Shown here in pieces: positions 28,822-41,699 of a DNA stretch of 64,000 bases; within the stretch, counting starts at the first letter, position 1; every line of letters begins with the position of its first letter. Source of the DNA: Octopus sinensis (Eukaryota); the NCBI RefSeq assembly GCF_006345805.1, contig NW_021836292.1, positions 157,135 through 221,134 on the forward strand, in the 5' to 3' direction. Under the pieces are notes generated by a model. That model did no database searches. It was not told the DNA's origin and saw nothing but the letters and a program-made list of their open reading frames with translations. The position numbers were made by a program, and so were the translations under genes.

Positions 28822-29177
28822 TGTATGTATGTATGTATGTATGTATGTATGTATGTATGTATGTATGTATTATGTATGTATGTATGTATGTATGTATGTA
28901 TGTATGTATGTATGTATGTATGTATGTATGTATGTATGTATGTATGTATGTATGTATGTATGTATGTATGTATGTATGTATGTATGTATGTATGTATGTA
29001 TGTATGTATGTATGTATGTATGTATGTATGTATGTATGTATGTATGTATGTATGTATGTATGTATGTATGTATGTATGTATGTATGTATGTATGTATGTA
29101 TTATGTATGTATGTATGTATGTATGTATGTATGTATGTATGTATGTATGTATGTATGTATGTATGTATGTATGTATG

Positions 29178-29209
<32 letters not shown>

Positions 29210-29430
29210 TGTATGTATGTATGGTATGTATGTATGTATGTATGTATGTATGTATGTATGTATGTATGTATGTATGTATGTATGTATGTATGTATGTATG
29301 TATGTATGTATGTATATGTATGTATGTATTATGTATGTATGTATGTATGTATGTATGTATGTATGTATGCATGCATGCATGCATGCATGTATGTATGTAT
29401 GTATGTATGTATGTACGTACGTACATACGT
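28822..29430. repeat. ~600-bp (TATG)n array
   Basis: Read directly; it produces the spurious HTYI/MYVC ORFs. Confidence 0.97.
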
Positions 29431-29589
29431 TCGTAAGTACGAAAGGGTGGATCGATCGATCGATCGATCGACCGAAATTACCCTTAGATATATTTAGATG
29501 TCGCAGTGGAATACGGCTTATCATCCATCTAACAACAAACAGCCTCCCCTGTGAGGTACAGCGCACCTTTTTGTAAGTTGATGCCACAG

Positions 29590-29770
29590 TAATGAACTCA
29601 TGCACTTTGGAAAAAGAATGTGCTCAAACAGCCTTGTTCTCTTTCTTCGGAGAAACCACTCACAGCATCCAGTAATATCAGGGACTTAGAAGTGAATGTT
29701 AACGGCAATCTCGGTTGGAGTGCTCACATCAATAATAAAGTCGACTGGCTCACATGATTTCCCACAAGGA
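29590..29770 (+). mobile_element. Decayed fragment of the CR1/L2-group LINE family seen at 58713-61490
   Basis: GAACTCATGCACTTTGGAAAA...GCATCCAGTAATATCAGGGACTT...AATAAAGTCGAC aligns with ~60645-60800. Confidence 0.6.
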
Positions 29771-30114
29771 TGTCAATTCTCGTGAGTGCACCTAGATGCC
29801 AGTGTTGGGTACAATACAGCAACCTGTAAGTAGGCATTAGAAACGGGTACCAAGTTGCAATTAGTACCAGAAAAAGATCCATCTAGCAGTATGTTAGTGC
29901 CATGGTGGCATAAAATCGGGTAGGCTGTAAGCAAGGACTTCATTTAGGCACAGTTTATCTGGTCTGAAGGATATCGAGTCTAGTAACTAGTTACCACAAT
30001 GAGATACATTCCATATAGTTGTATAGGGTCTTGCAGATAAATTGAGACCAATTTAAGCAGTTGACTTAGTGGGTTTAACATTTTATTTTTTGACAAAACC
30101 TTGCTATATATATA

Positions 30115-31165
30115 TACTAGCATTAAAGACCCGTCGTTGCCGGGTCATAGTGCTAGTGCATGTATATATGTGTATATATATGTGTACATATTACATGTAC
30201 ATCTATATATATATATACATCTACACATAAAATACAAAATACAAAGTTATATCTTGATATCGCTAGTGATAACAATACTCAAAATATATAACAGACTGGA
30301 ATTGTTAGCCAGTCTCTTGTAATTTCGATCAATTGTATCTTGTCCTCCCTCTTGTATAGAAGTGTGGCTACAATCCAGCCTACCTCTACTTCTGGGGGGG
30401 AGGGGCATTTTAAATTTTTTTTTCCGGGACGTCCTACGTCCCAGATATAAAGGTAAAAATAAAATATTTCTACTTTGCAAGTTCGAGTCGAGTACTCCCT
30501 TGCACGCTCCGTTGACTCGAACTTTGCTTCTATTGTGGCGAATTTACCGCCTCTGATTAGATAATTTTAATAGTCGCACCAAGACACTTTTCGAAGGTGC
30601 TTTCCTCCATGTGTTCAAATCTTCTTTTTTCTCTACATTGTATACTTTATAGACAATAGTCTTTTCTTTAATTTAATTTTTTATTATTCATCTGGACTAT
30701 TCCATTTCTGCACGCTAATCTTATTTTTAATTTATTCCCATTCATGTGAAACCACTTATTCAAGTTCAAGTCATTGATGCAATTTTATACCAATTGCTAT
30801 TTTTACTTTTTGTTTGTTACGATTATATTATACTTTAGTTTGATTTTAATTATTACTTACTACATATAATTCAATTGTTATTATTATTTTTATTGTTAAA
30901 GTGAAAGTATCTGACATAAAATAGAGAAATGTTTTTGCTTCACTTTTAACACGTAATACTGAAATAGTGGAGAAGATATGATATTGTTATGGGCTCGCTC
31001 TAGGCAAGAAGTTGAACATATTTTTTTGCCCATGAAACTACATGGACCCTAAGTAAGGCATATGTAAAATTTGAATGAAATTGGTTGTGTAGTTCTCAAG
31101 TTTTAGGGAAACACACAGGCAGACAGACAGACAGACACACATTCTCAGTTTTATATATATAAAGA

Positions 31166-31166
<1 letters not shown>
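30115..31166 (+). mobile_element. Non-autonomous Helitron-like (Lep1/DINE-1-like) element
   Basis: Starts TACTAGCATTAAAGACCCGTCGTTGCCGGG. Ends AAATTTGAATGAAATTGG..(GACA)n..CAGTTTTATATATATAAAGAT. Flanked by (TA)n. Confidence 0.6.
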
Positions 31167-31210
<44 letters not shown>

Positions 31211-31389
31211 TGTTGTCGGCTGGCCATCGTTGGTCGACATTGGCTGTCCTGTTCTCAAATCATCTCCGGCAGTCTCACTTATAGGCTACAAGACCGGCTC
31301 TTAATCTGCGCATCCTCACAAGCTATATGGTAATTCAAGAGAAAATATTTCCATTGTACCACGAGCAGAGGAAGAAGTATCCTGAAAAT

Positions 31390-31620
31390 TTCAAGGACTG
31401 TTCAGGATAGTTTATGTGATTCAAGCAGCGACACAATCTCCATAACGTTATGGTCCAAAGTGAAAGTGCTTCGGTGTTAATTGATGATGACAAACATCCG
31501 TTCACAGCTAAAGAATTGATTGATCTTCATGATTAGTAACAAGCGACGGCGCAGCAAGCAGAACAGGAACCAAGACACTCCACCATTAACAAAGTACAGC
31601 AAGCTTTTCGAGAAATCACT
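31390..31620 (+). mobile_element. Possible Tigger-like transposase C-terminal fragment
   Basis: Translates as VLIDDDKHPFTAKELIDLHD**...EQEPRHSTINKVQQAFREI, resembling pogo/Tigger acidic C-termini. Confidence 0.35.
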
Positions 31621-31690
31621 TAACCCATTTCGAAGTGGTGTATCTTAATGCTGAGCACTTTGCAAAAAATAATGAGAGCTATTCACATCG

Positions 31691-31721
<31 letters not shown>

Positions 31722-32571
31722 AAATACACACGTGAGTGTGAGTGCGTGCGTGCATCAGCATGGCCGCAGCTCTAAGCTGAAACTAGAAAAAAAATATATA
31801 TATATACGTCTCTCTCTCTCTATGCATATATATATATATAAATTCAGGGTGAATACTTGATAAATGTAAGTACATTTGGTGTAGCAATTGCTTGGGGCTG
31901 AAGAGGGCTTTTGAACTATCTGTTATGTCAATTATGCATTGATGTAAGAATAAGTTGTTCTATAAAGCTCGAAACATATGTACCGCAACATCCTTTGTGT
32001 CCTGTTTTTCATTTCATTTCATTTGATACATATATATATATAAAGTAACGAGTTTTAGCCAACCTAATGTGGCAGTCCCATTTTGGAGCGAATGCTACTG
32101 TTGTTTAGCTCCAGGAGACATCGTCTTCAGCTGGCTATACGACACACGATATATGTCCTTATATTTCGAACAGGGGAGGTTAGCACTCCCACCTAGCATA
32201 AAGTAGTATCTGTGGTCCGAACGGTTTCAGAGTTTGTCGTCACAGAATAACACTCCAGCTGAGATGGTTCTGCTAAATACCCTTCGAAAATATATATATA
32301 ATTTTCTAAGTGACGCACAGTCACTGATCTGATAAAATAGAAACATTGTTGTTCCTAAATCTCTCAAGGAAAGATATTCAGTAGTAGCACTTTAAGGTAA
32401 CGATTTTTTGCCAGCCTAATGTGGCAGTCCTATTATGGGGCGAATGCTACCGTATCCATATATATATATATACTCCAGAGAGGAGTGGACAGCGTGCTGT
32501 GACCAGCGGTGTCAAATGGACGCCCGATGGACTGGTCGGTCAAGGTGATCAATGTGATATATATATATATA

Positions 32572-33083
32572 CCGTAAAACCTCGAGTATAGTCCGCCCTT
32601 GAGTATAATACGCAGGGGATTTTTAGGGGGCTGTAACTCTGAAAAACCTAAACCTTGTGTATAATACGCACTCCTTCTCTAACTTGAGTCAAGGAGGCCT
32701 ATATAACGTCCTTGGTTTGTAAAACTGTATGCGGTAACGTCCTTTATTATTATCGTATATATAACATAATGCAAACGTGTAGCTTTTTTGTTCATTTTGT
32801 TTGCAGAAAATAAAGAAATAACAGTAATAACGTTTAACAAATGTTGCTTACTGCAAGTTATGGATGATTCTTTTATGACTTCATTGCTTTCAGGCTTAGC
32901 TTAAGGTATTTTCGCCCCCAACATCACAAAATGCGTCTGAATAAACATTGCCGGACAGCAAATAGAGACTCGGACATTGCTTAGAAAATAATTTTAATTT
33001 TTAACCTCGTATATAGTACGCACTAGGGATTTTGACCTTTAAATTTTGGGGGAAAAGTGCGGATTATACTCGAGGATTTACGG
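32572..33083. mobile_element. 512-bp Tc2/pogo-type MITE
   Basis: TIRs CCGTAAAACCTCGAGTATAGTCCGC and GCGGATTATACTCGAGGATTTACGG, with TA on both sides. Confidence 0.85.
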
Positions 33084-33091
33084 TATGTGTG

Positions 33092-33142
<51 letters not shown>

Positions 33143-33906
33143 CTTTATTCTTCATAATGATGTTTTTATATATACATATATATAAAGACATCATTATGAA
33201 GAATAGAGAATTATTCATTATATTTATTTACTTTACATTATGTGTATGGTTGTGTATGTGCGCGCGCGCATATACCGTGATTTTATCATTATTTTTTCCT
33301 TCATTCTTGTTGCAATGTCTGACGTAACTACATTTCTCATAACCACTAAAAAGTAATTTCAATTTTTTTTTTTACGAAGAAATAACAATCTATGGGAAAT
33401 AACTCTTAATATATCGTACTTTATGATACAAGATTTATTTCCCTTTGCCCATTAGTCATTTTTTTCCGTTGATATGCTATTATATACTATTTACGCATAT
33501 CTGATAGAAATTTCACAATTTGAGTACTGCTTTTTTTTATATATGGTATATAGTGATTTATGTAATAATGAATATGAATTTGGATACATATTTGTCAAAA
33601 ACAAGAAAGAACGAAAGTGCATAATAGAATAAAATATATCCTCGCTTCCTTGGCGTTCGATTCATGATGATAAAATCCAGACTAATTGCTAATTTTGTGC
33701 AATTTACAGCTGCTGCAGTCCATTCATCTCCACAGTCGATTTCTTCTAGAGAGAGAGCGATGGAGAGAGTGGAACAGTGAGAGAAGAATTGACTCCAGTG
33801 TTGAACTAGTACTTTATCTATCGTCCCTGAGAGGTTGATAAGCAACGTCGACTTCAGAAAGGAATACGTATATTTGTATGTATGTAAATAGGTATGCATG
33901 TACGTT

Positions 33907-33987
<81 letters not shown>

Positions 33988-34044
33988 ATGTGTATGTTTA
34001 TTCGTATGTATATGTTTGTGCATGTACTTACACGCATTCAAACA

Positions 34045-34088
<44 letters not shown>

Positions 34089-34666
34089 TCTATATCTTTC
34101 AAACATGCTTTTAGCTGTTTTTTTAATATTTCATATAGTCAACACTGCCATTCTCGCCGAAAATACCAAAATACCGATGATGTCAAAAACCTCGAAAAGA
34201 AAAAGTTCAGAGCAATATATAAATGGGCTAGATAAATTTAATGCTTGAAAGTTTTAAGCAATTCACTCTCAGCCGAGATGCACAGGACCAGAAGAGATTG
34301 TAGCGATTTGCGTTTGACCTAACCATCAAAATTCGTAATAGTGAATCGTTTCATACTTGTGTGTTGCAAAATGGTCCGGTTGGTTCACAGAGCACAAGAA
34401 ACTGTTGGTCCTATGAAAGATATTTGTTCTCTATCGTCTGGGTTATAGCTCGTAATTATGGCTAGTATTTTGTAGCACAAGGCCAGTCTTTGATGAACAG
34501 TTCCGTGACATGCAGGTAGATGACCAAACACCGATGCGCGACCCAGAATTCTGTTTCTCAAGTATACAGCACAACCCAAAATCCCGTTGGATACAGTGTG
34601 CAGTTTGGTCATGCATTCTTAGTACTCTCCCATCTATTACTATATACCTACCAATGATGGCGATGT

Positions 34667-34945
34667 GGAGGCGCAATGGCCCAGTGGTTAGGGTAGCGGA
34701 CTCGCGGTCGGAGGTTCGCGGTTTCGATTCCCAGACCGGGTGTTGTGTGTTTATTGAGCGAAAACACCTAAAGTTCCACGAGGCTCCCTGTTGTACTCTT
34801 TCGCCCCAACTTTCTCTCACTCTTTCTTCGTGTTTCCTCAGTAACGCTGTGATGGACTAGCGTCCTGTCCAGCTGGGGGGAACACATATGCCACAGAAAC
34901 CGGGCCCATGAGCCGGGCTAGGCTTGAAAAGGGCGCAAAAGAAAA
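34667..34945 (+). mobile_element. tRNA-headed SINE family D
   Basis: GGCCCAGTGGTTAGGGTAGCGGACTCGCGGTCGGAGGTTCGCGGTTTCGATTCCC head. The body matches 38275-38560. Confidence 0.75.
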
Positions 34946-35294
34946 AGAACCAATGGTGGTGATAGCCTCAGCGGAGGCAGCGAAAGTGGACTCCGTCAGT
35001 GACCAACAGTTATAGATTCTCTCCGCTTATGTGCATCTGGCAATGTTTGGACCAGGTGAGGCTACTGATCGGCAGCTATTTCTATATTGTCACAGTAGTA
35101 CTCTAGGTCTTTAGAGGTAGTTTTTTTCATAATGACAAGGAAAGCGAGCCTTAAAGCTTACTGTAGCAACAAACTGTGCCCCTCACATCTCTTCGGTTTT
35201 AATATTTTTGCTTCGCTATGTTTGTGCACAATTGGCTATGGTGCTCAGTGTGCTGTTTTGTGTTCTATGTCGTGTATTGCAAAAATAATGGTCT

Positions 35295-35532
35295 GAGAAC
35301 CCCTTCGGTCACGACACGGACCATGGGATTGCACCTGGAAAGTTACCCTCCCAGGCACAAGTCCAGGCAAGGTTGTTTATGGAAGACCAGCAGTCGCCCA
35401 TGCATACCGGCCTCTTCTCTCCACGCCACCTGTGTTATCCAAGGGAAAGACAAGGGCCGATACAGCTTGGCACCTGTGACGTCGCAACTCTATTCTACAG
35501 CTGAGTGAACACAACATGCAGCCCGGTCCGGG
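35295..35532 (-). mobile_element. SINE family B, 3' portion
   Basis: Near-identical to 24150-24420, with an internal deletion. Confidence 0.75.
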
Positions 35533-36292
35533 TTTTTAGATATTCCTAACGATTTTTGTGGTGTCTAACAGAAAGGGTCAAAACCATCCTTTGTATAGGC
35601 TTCAGGTGGCTGGTTTTCCCGTATTGTCTCATAAGGGTATCGATTTGGCGTTGCAGTGTATATAATATGTAGTCTGACCGTTGTTGTTGATGACGATTAC
35701 GATGACGACGACGACGATGACAACAATCACAATGTAGTTTAGTATTTATTTTGTGGCTTATGTTAGATCTAAATATTGGTCACTTTCCTGAAGTTTATTT
35801 ATATTTTTCTACCTCATTCTTTGACGCAGGGTTTTATTTTGGCTAAGCAATGTTTTGCTTTATTGTGTTTGAAGCTGTCTCATACTTTTATTAGTTTGGC
35901 TATTTCTGGTGTATAATTGCAGTCGTATTGCGCGAACCAGTGATTTTAAATAGTATGTTACTTCCTATCTTTAATCATAGCTACTGTTGACATTATCGTG
36001 TACTTTACCAAAGTATTTGCAAATATTATCTAGCAGTGTCTGCACGAGTATTTTGCAAACTTTATAAGACACTTTTATAGATATTTCATAGCCTACTTCG
36101 TGGCTTCTGCTGTCTTTTGAAGACGTTCACATATATTACGGAAAATCAAGGTCAGAAATACAATTGGATTGACATTTTAACTGAGACTATCTTGTCATCT
36201 TTTCTAAGTTTACTCAATATTAGATTATCCAGTATATTTAACCATTTTAAGATGATAGAATAGAATTTGAGGGAAATTTGTCTGCTGTTTCT

Positions 36293-36890
36293 TATTTCTT
36301 TACTGCCTACAAGGGGCTAAACATAGAGGGGACAAACAAGGACAGACAAACGGATTAAGTCGATTACATCGACCCAGTACGTAACTGGTACTTAATTTAT
36401 CGACCCCGAAAGGATGAAAGGCAAAGTCGAACTCGGCGGAATTTGAACTCAGAACGTAACGGCAGACGAAATACCTTTTTCTTTACTACCCACAAGGGGC
36501 TAAACACAGAGAGGACAAACAAGGACAGACAAACGGATTAAGTCGATTACATCGATCCCAGTGCGTAACTGGTACTTATTTAATCGACCCCGAAAGGATG
36601 AAAGGCAAAGTCGACCTCGGCGAAATTTGAACTCAGAACGTAGCGGCAGACGAAATACCTATTTCTTTACTACCCACAAGGGGCTAAACACAGAGAGGAC
36701 AAACAAGGACAGACAAACGGATTAAGTCGATTACATCGACCCCAGTGCGTAACTGGTACTTATTTAATCGACCCCGAAAGGATGAAAGGCAAAGTCAACC
36801 TCGGCGGAATTTGAACTCAGAACGTAGCGATAGACGAAATACGGCTACGCACTTCGCACGGCGTGCTAACGTTTCTGCCAGCTCGCCGCC
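36293..36890 (-). mobile_element. SINE family A, head plus three tandem ~184-bp bodies
   Basis: Junctions at ~36475 and ~36659. The head is at 36841-36890. Confidence 0.9.
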
Positions 36891-38274
36891 TTGTCTGCTG
36901 TTTCTTACACAAGAATGACCACGTGGAATTTGTCTGCTGCTTCTTACACAACAAATGACCACATGGAAGCTTCCTCGTTGACCTATCAAAGTATGGTTTC
37001 TACTGTGAGACTTATAACAATCTAACGCTACTATTCCAAGTAGATTGCTTCTATACAGCAGACAGCAACTGAGTGGTCAGTGCTAAGCCAACACTATGTA
37101 TTGAAGAAAAAGATATCAAATATGCATACTTATGTGTGCGTACAGAAGCCTTGAAAAGTCGAGTACCAAGCTTTCGCTTTGAGAATTATGGAAATCCTCG
37201 AACTAGATTCTACTACCTAGTCCCATCCTCTCCATCTAGAGTCAGGACAAAGTATTACAATAGTTTAGGGTTTAAAAGGACTACAGCTAGTCAACATCCT
37301 GTTAAGGGACTGACAGTTAAACAACACTAAGATATTTTATTGCCTAAAAATCCCTGGTTAATCTACATCACAGTAAGAATTATACATCTACAAGAAAACT
37401 GTAACAACATTGTTGCTGATGCTCCAACATGACCACATTCCCAATCGTCCAGTAGAACATCAACCACAATGCCTTCGCCAGTCTTTCAGGACCGGATTTA
37501 ATTATGAAAGATGTTTTCATTACTTGGATCTAATCATAAAATACTTGTAGTAAAATGTGTTTATATTTGACAGACAGATCTGTTTAGGTCTGATATCGTA
37601 GTCACGACAAATTACTGGCCGCCATGATATACGTGTCTTGAGCATTTTTTTTTTTTTATCTAATACAGCCTATCCAAGTCTAAATGGCCGATTTCCTCCA
37701 GGGAGAAAGAGAATGAGAGAGAACAATCGTCCTCCAGTACTGGACAGGTATTATTTGTTGGCCCTGGAAGCATGAAAACAAAGTTAATCTCAGTGGAATA
37801 TGAACTCAGAGCACAAACAGCTGGAATGAAGAGAATAAGGCATTTTATTTGATGTTCTTACGATTCTGCCAACTCATCACCAACACACCACACACTACTA
37901 AATCAGTAGTCGTTCGGCCAGCTAGAAATAGCTGTCAAATCTCCCCAAAATGACTTCTTAGAAAAAGGACACATTGCAAAAGGTGGTCCCAGATCCAAAA
38001 GGTCTCAATTAAAAACAATGGCTGTTGGATACATTCGATAATGTAGACCAAGATACAATGTTTGAATAAAAGACAGGATAGTCATATCTGGAATACCTTT
38101 GATCACTGCTGACCTGAGCTTAATTAATAACAAATTATTCTTAGATGCCATTCACTTTTAGCGCTAACATAACTACAAACGCTGTAGGATGGAAGGTAAA
38201 ATGTGTTCTCAAGTACTTAACTAATTCAGAAGAAATTTTTCAACATAAAGAATTTTTTTCAACATAAGGCTTCG

Positions 38275-38560
38275 CGGAGGCACATGGCTTAGTGGCCAGA
38301 GCAGCGGACTCGCGGTCGAGGGATCACGAGTTCGAATCTCAAACCAGGTGATGTGTGTGTGTGTTTATGAGCGAAACACCTAAGCTCCGCATGGCTCCGG
38401 CAGAAGGTAATAGCAAATTTCTGCTCTTTCGCCATAACTTTCACTCTTTCCTCCTGCATCTAGCAGCTCGCCTGCAATGGACTAGCGTCCCATCCAGGTA
38501 GGGAATCTATACGCCAATGAAACCGGGAAACCAGCCTTTATGAGCCAGGCATGGTTCGAC
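38275..38560 (+). mobile_element. tRNA-headed SINE family D
   Basis: GGCTTAGTGGCCAGAGCAGCGGACTCGCGGTCG..GAGTTCGAATCTC head, with body homologous to 34667. Confidence 0.72.
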
Positions 38561-38759
38561 AACAATAATAAGGCTTCTCTTGCTTCAAAATGAGGTGCAT
38601 TCTAGATTTGAAACTTGTTTAAGAGTGGCAGTTATAACTGTCTTAAATTATTGTAATTTTAGTAAATCATTACAATACATTTAATAAGATGTCCTACCAT
38701 TTTCTTTTTAAATTTCAGAGTGAAAGAAACGGCTGTAATATCTCTTTGAACAGACTCTA

Positions 38760-38930
38760 CGAAACACTGCATATCACAGCTGACCAGTTTGCAGAATGCT
38801 GTTGGGACGTGAAGACAATTTGGAAGATTGTTATGCAATAAGGTTTTTAGCTAAACTGGACAAAAACGCTACAGAAACTTATGAAATTCTGCAGACTGTT
38901 AATGGATTAACTTGGATGAGCTGAGCAGTG
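38760..38930 (+). mobile_element. Mariner 5' fragment
   Basis: Reads approximately YAIRFLAKLDKNATETYEILQTV, a mariner N-terminal HTH start. Confidence 0.45.
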
Positions 38931-39498
38931 GCGGCTCGTAGATGAAATTAGTGGGGAAGCTGCTTCAGAAAATTTTTAGCCGTTGTTTAGATATTGTGCA
39001 AAAGGAAACAAACACATAAAAAGAAAATTTATACATAAATCTGATCGGTTCGCATTTCAGTTACTGCTGGGTAGTGTGTTTAATTTGTTCACTGAGCACC
39101 GCCGTGAATTCCCCCTTGTTTTTAAAAAATCCCCACTAAATCACAAAATAAGAAGTGGAAATCTGCCCTATTCTTCAAATCCTGGCAGGATAATAATCTA
39201 ATTCTACACTTTATCACATTCAAGAATATAAACACATTTTTAAGCACAACACACGCAGAGTCAAAAAGAAATGTTACCTTTCACCAGCACACCGGGGTGG
39301 CACTGTGTGAACCACAATGCTCTATCTCCGAAGCATCAGGCTTCCTATTTCAGACATGTGAGCATGCGCACAACAGCCAAACACCGCATCGCTGGAACTG
39401 TGAAGCGCACAATTCTATACAAGGATTCTTGTATTTTTTTTCATAAACTAGGGGATGGCTACTGGCATTAACCTTAAGGATTATATAATGTACAAGTC

Positions 39499-39726
39499 GG
39501 CGAGCTGGCAGAATCGTTAGCACACCGGGCGAAATGCGTAGCCATATTTCGTCTGTCGTTGCGTTCCGAGTTCAAATTCCGCCGAGGTCGACTTTGCCTT
39601 TCATCCTTTCCGGGTCGATAAATTAAGTACCAGTTACGCACTGGGGTCGATGTAATCAACTTAATCCATTTGTCTGTCCTTGTTTGTCCCCTCTGTGTTT
39701 AGCCCCTCGTGGGTAGTAAAGAAATA
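39499..39726 (+). mobile_element. SINE family A, full monomer
   Basis: GGCGAGCTGGCAGAATCGTTAG head, B-box GTTCAAATTCC, end GTAGTAAAGAAATA. Confidence 0.88.
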
Positions 39727-39829
39727 TATGTAATGTACAAGTATAAAGAAAGAATTAAAGAAAAAAAAAGGACTCATTATATTGAATGTTATCGACAATA
39801 TCGAGTGGAAATAGGGGGTGCTGCAGTTC

Positions 39830-40398
39830 TGCAGTGCCCTTACACGAGCCACCACTGGAGCCGAGTATCTGTTTTTTGCTGGCACAAGAGAGTCAAGGAC
39901 AGTAGAGAAGAAGTGAGAGACGATAAGAAGTGTAGGAGGGAGAGGGGCATCAGAACATCCAAGCTGGTTGAGAAGATTTGCAATTTTCTGAATGAGGACC
40001 ATCGTGTCTATAAAGACAATAAGCATATACTTTGGAGTTGTGGCAACTGTACACAGAATTATTCTTGAAGATCAGAACATGTGCAAAATTTGTGCAAAGT
40101 TTGTTCCACAATTCTGTCCTAGTTTACAATTACTTGACAGAGATGGGCAGCAAAACTGTCCCTCACCCTCCCTACAGCCCAGACCTTGTTCTCTGTAACT
40201 TTTGGTTGCTCCCCAAGCTGAACAAGAACCTCAGGGGTAGTCGTTTTGAAGACGAAAGAGGCTGTGACAAGGGTTCCGGACACCAACACTTTGGAGGACG
40301 TCCATGGGGCCCTTTGAAGGAGATTAAAATTTACTACTTCATTGAAATTAATAAATGTCACTCCTGAAAATGTCTCAAATTTTCAGGAATGCACTCCG
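39830..40398 (+). mobile_element. Internally deleted mariner remnant
   Basis: Fragments SRVSVFCWHKRVKDSREEVRDD, TVHRIILEDQNMCKICAKFVP and VPHPPYSPDLVLCNFWLLPKL. The catalytic core is missing. Confidence 0.75.
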
Positions 40399-40458
40399 TA
40401 TTTATATTTATAAAAATTCACATGACAATTTGAATAGAATATCCCACAAATTCCACTC

Positions 40459-40517
<59 letters not shown>

Positions 40518-40704
40518 ATCAAAATAAGCAACAAGGATATCCAGAGGTAGTGCATTACCTCTGGATATTCTTGTTGCTTATTTTGATTTTAATCACATTA
40601 TTTTGAAATTGTATAGATAATACCATAATAAATTCTGGTGCCTCAACTTAAGTACCATATTCATCTTAATCTAAATTTTATATATAAATATATATATATA
40701 TATA

Positions 40705-40835
40705 GGAAGGGTATCCAGCCATAAAACCCCTGCTAAAACAGACACAGAAGTCTAGTGCAGGCTTCTGCCTGGCCAGCTCCTGTCAAACCATCCCACCCAT
40801 GCCAGCATGGAAGGCAGACATTAAACAATGATGAT
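40705..40835 (+). mobile_element. Short RTE 3'-tail copy (or RTE-tailed SINE fragment)
   Basis: GGAAGGGTATCCAGC..CCATGCCAGCATGGAAGGCAGACATTAAAC(GAT)n matches the reverse complement of 53130-53280. Confidence 0.7.
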
Positions 40836-40972
40836 GATGGTGGTGGTAGTGGTGGTGGTGGAGAAGAAGAAGAAGAAGAAGAAGAAGAAGAAGAAGAAGA
40901 AGAGAAGAAGAAGAAGAAGAAGAAGTAGAAGAAGCAGTAGCAGTAGTAGTAGTAGTAGTAGTAGTAGTAGTC
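40828..40972. repeat. Compound trinucleotide array (GAT)/(GGT)/(GAA)/(GTA)
   Basis: Read directly. Confidence 0.92.
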
Positions 40973-41352
40973 GTCAGCATTTCGAGAGGGTCATCTCCAC
41001 CATGTCGAATCACAGCTGATCACTGAACTAGCAAAGCCCATACATTGTGTATGTGTGTTTGCTAATGTTTACAACACTAACACTGCTACACACACACACA
41101 CACACTTTCCCTATTCTGTATTGTGTGAAGGATTAACATTTAAAGAGGAAGATGCTTGCATAAACTTTATAAATGTGAAAGCTTATTTCTCTGAATGTTA
41201 ATGTTTATGAACAGATCATCACTCATTAATAGAAAATACACCATCCTTCTATCTACCACAATGGGATGGTTTTGTTCTAATATGAATGTATCCCTACACA
41301 GACAGATAGCATCATTTATAGAATGCTAACAAAATGTATAGGTACATTGCTT

Positions 41353-41578
41353 CGAGCTGGCAGAATCGTTAGCACGCCGGGCGAAATGCTTAACAGTATT
41401 TCGTCTGCCGTTACTTTCTGAGTTCAAATTCCGCCGAGGTCTACTTTGCCTTTCATCCTTTCAGGGTCGATTAAATAAGTACCAGTTACGCACTGGGGTC
41501 GATGTAATCGACTTAATCCGTTTGTCTGTCCTTGTTTGTCCCCTCTGTGTTTAGCCCCTCGTGGGTAGTAAAGAAATA
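41353..41578 (+). mobile_element. SINE family A, full monomer
   Basis: Matches 39499-39726 over its length. Confidence 0.88.
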
Positions 41579-41699
41579 GGTATGAAGATGTCTGAAGGAA
41601 AGACAAGAACAAGGAGGAAATTCCAGGAGGTCACCATTCAAGGAAAGAAGGGCTGGGCATAATAATTAATGAAGGTCCTAATGGAGTTGGGCGATGGAT

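Noticed and set aside
28697-29605. Long ORFs of HTYI/MYVC/YI repeats here and at 58428-58856 and 61440-62881
   Set aside because: These are translations of stop-free (TATG)n and (TA)n microsatellites, with no evidence of coding function.
27598-36890. Regular direct repeats resembling a CRISPR array
   Set aside because: The units are whole 184-bp SINE bodies with no unique spacers, there are no cas genes, and the context is eukaryotic.
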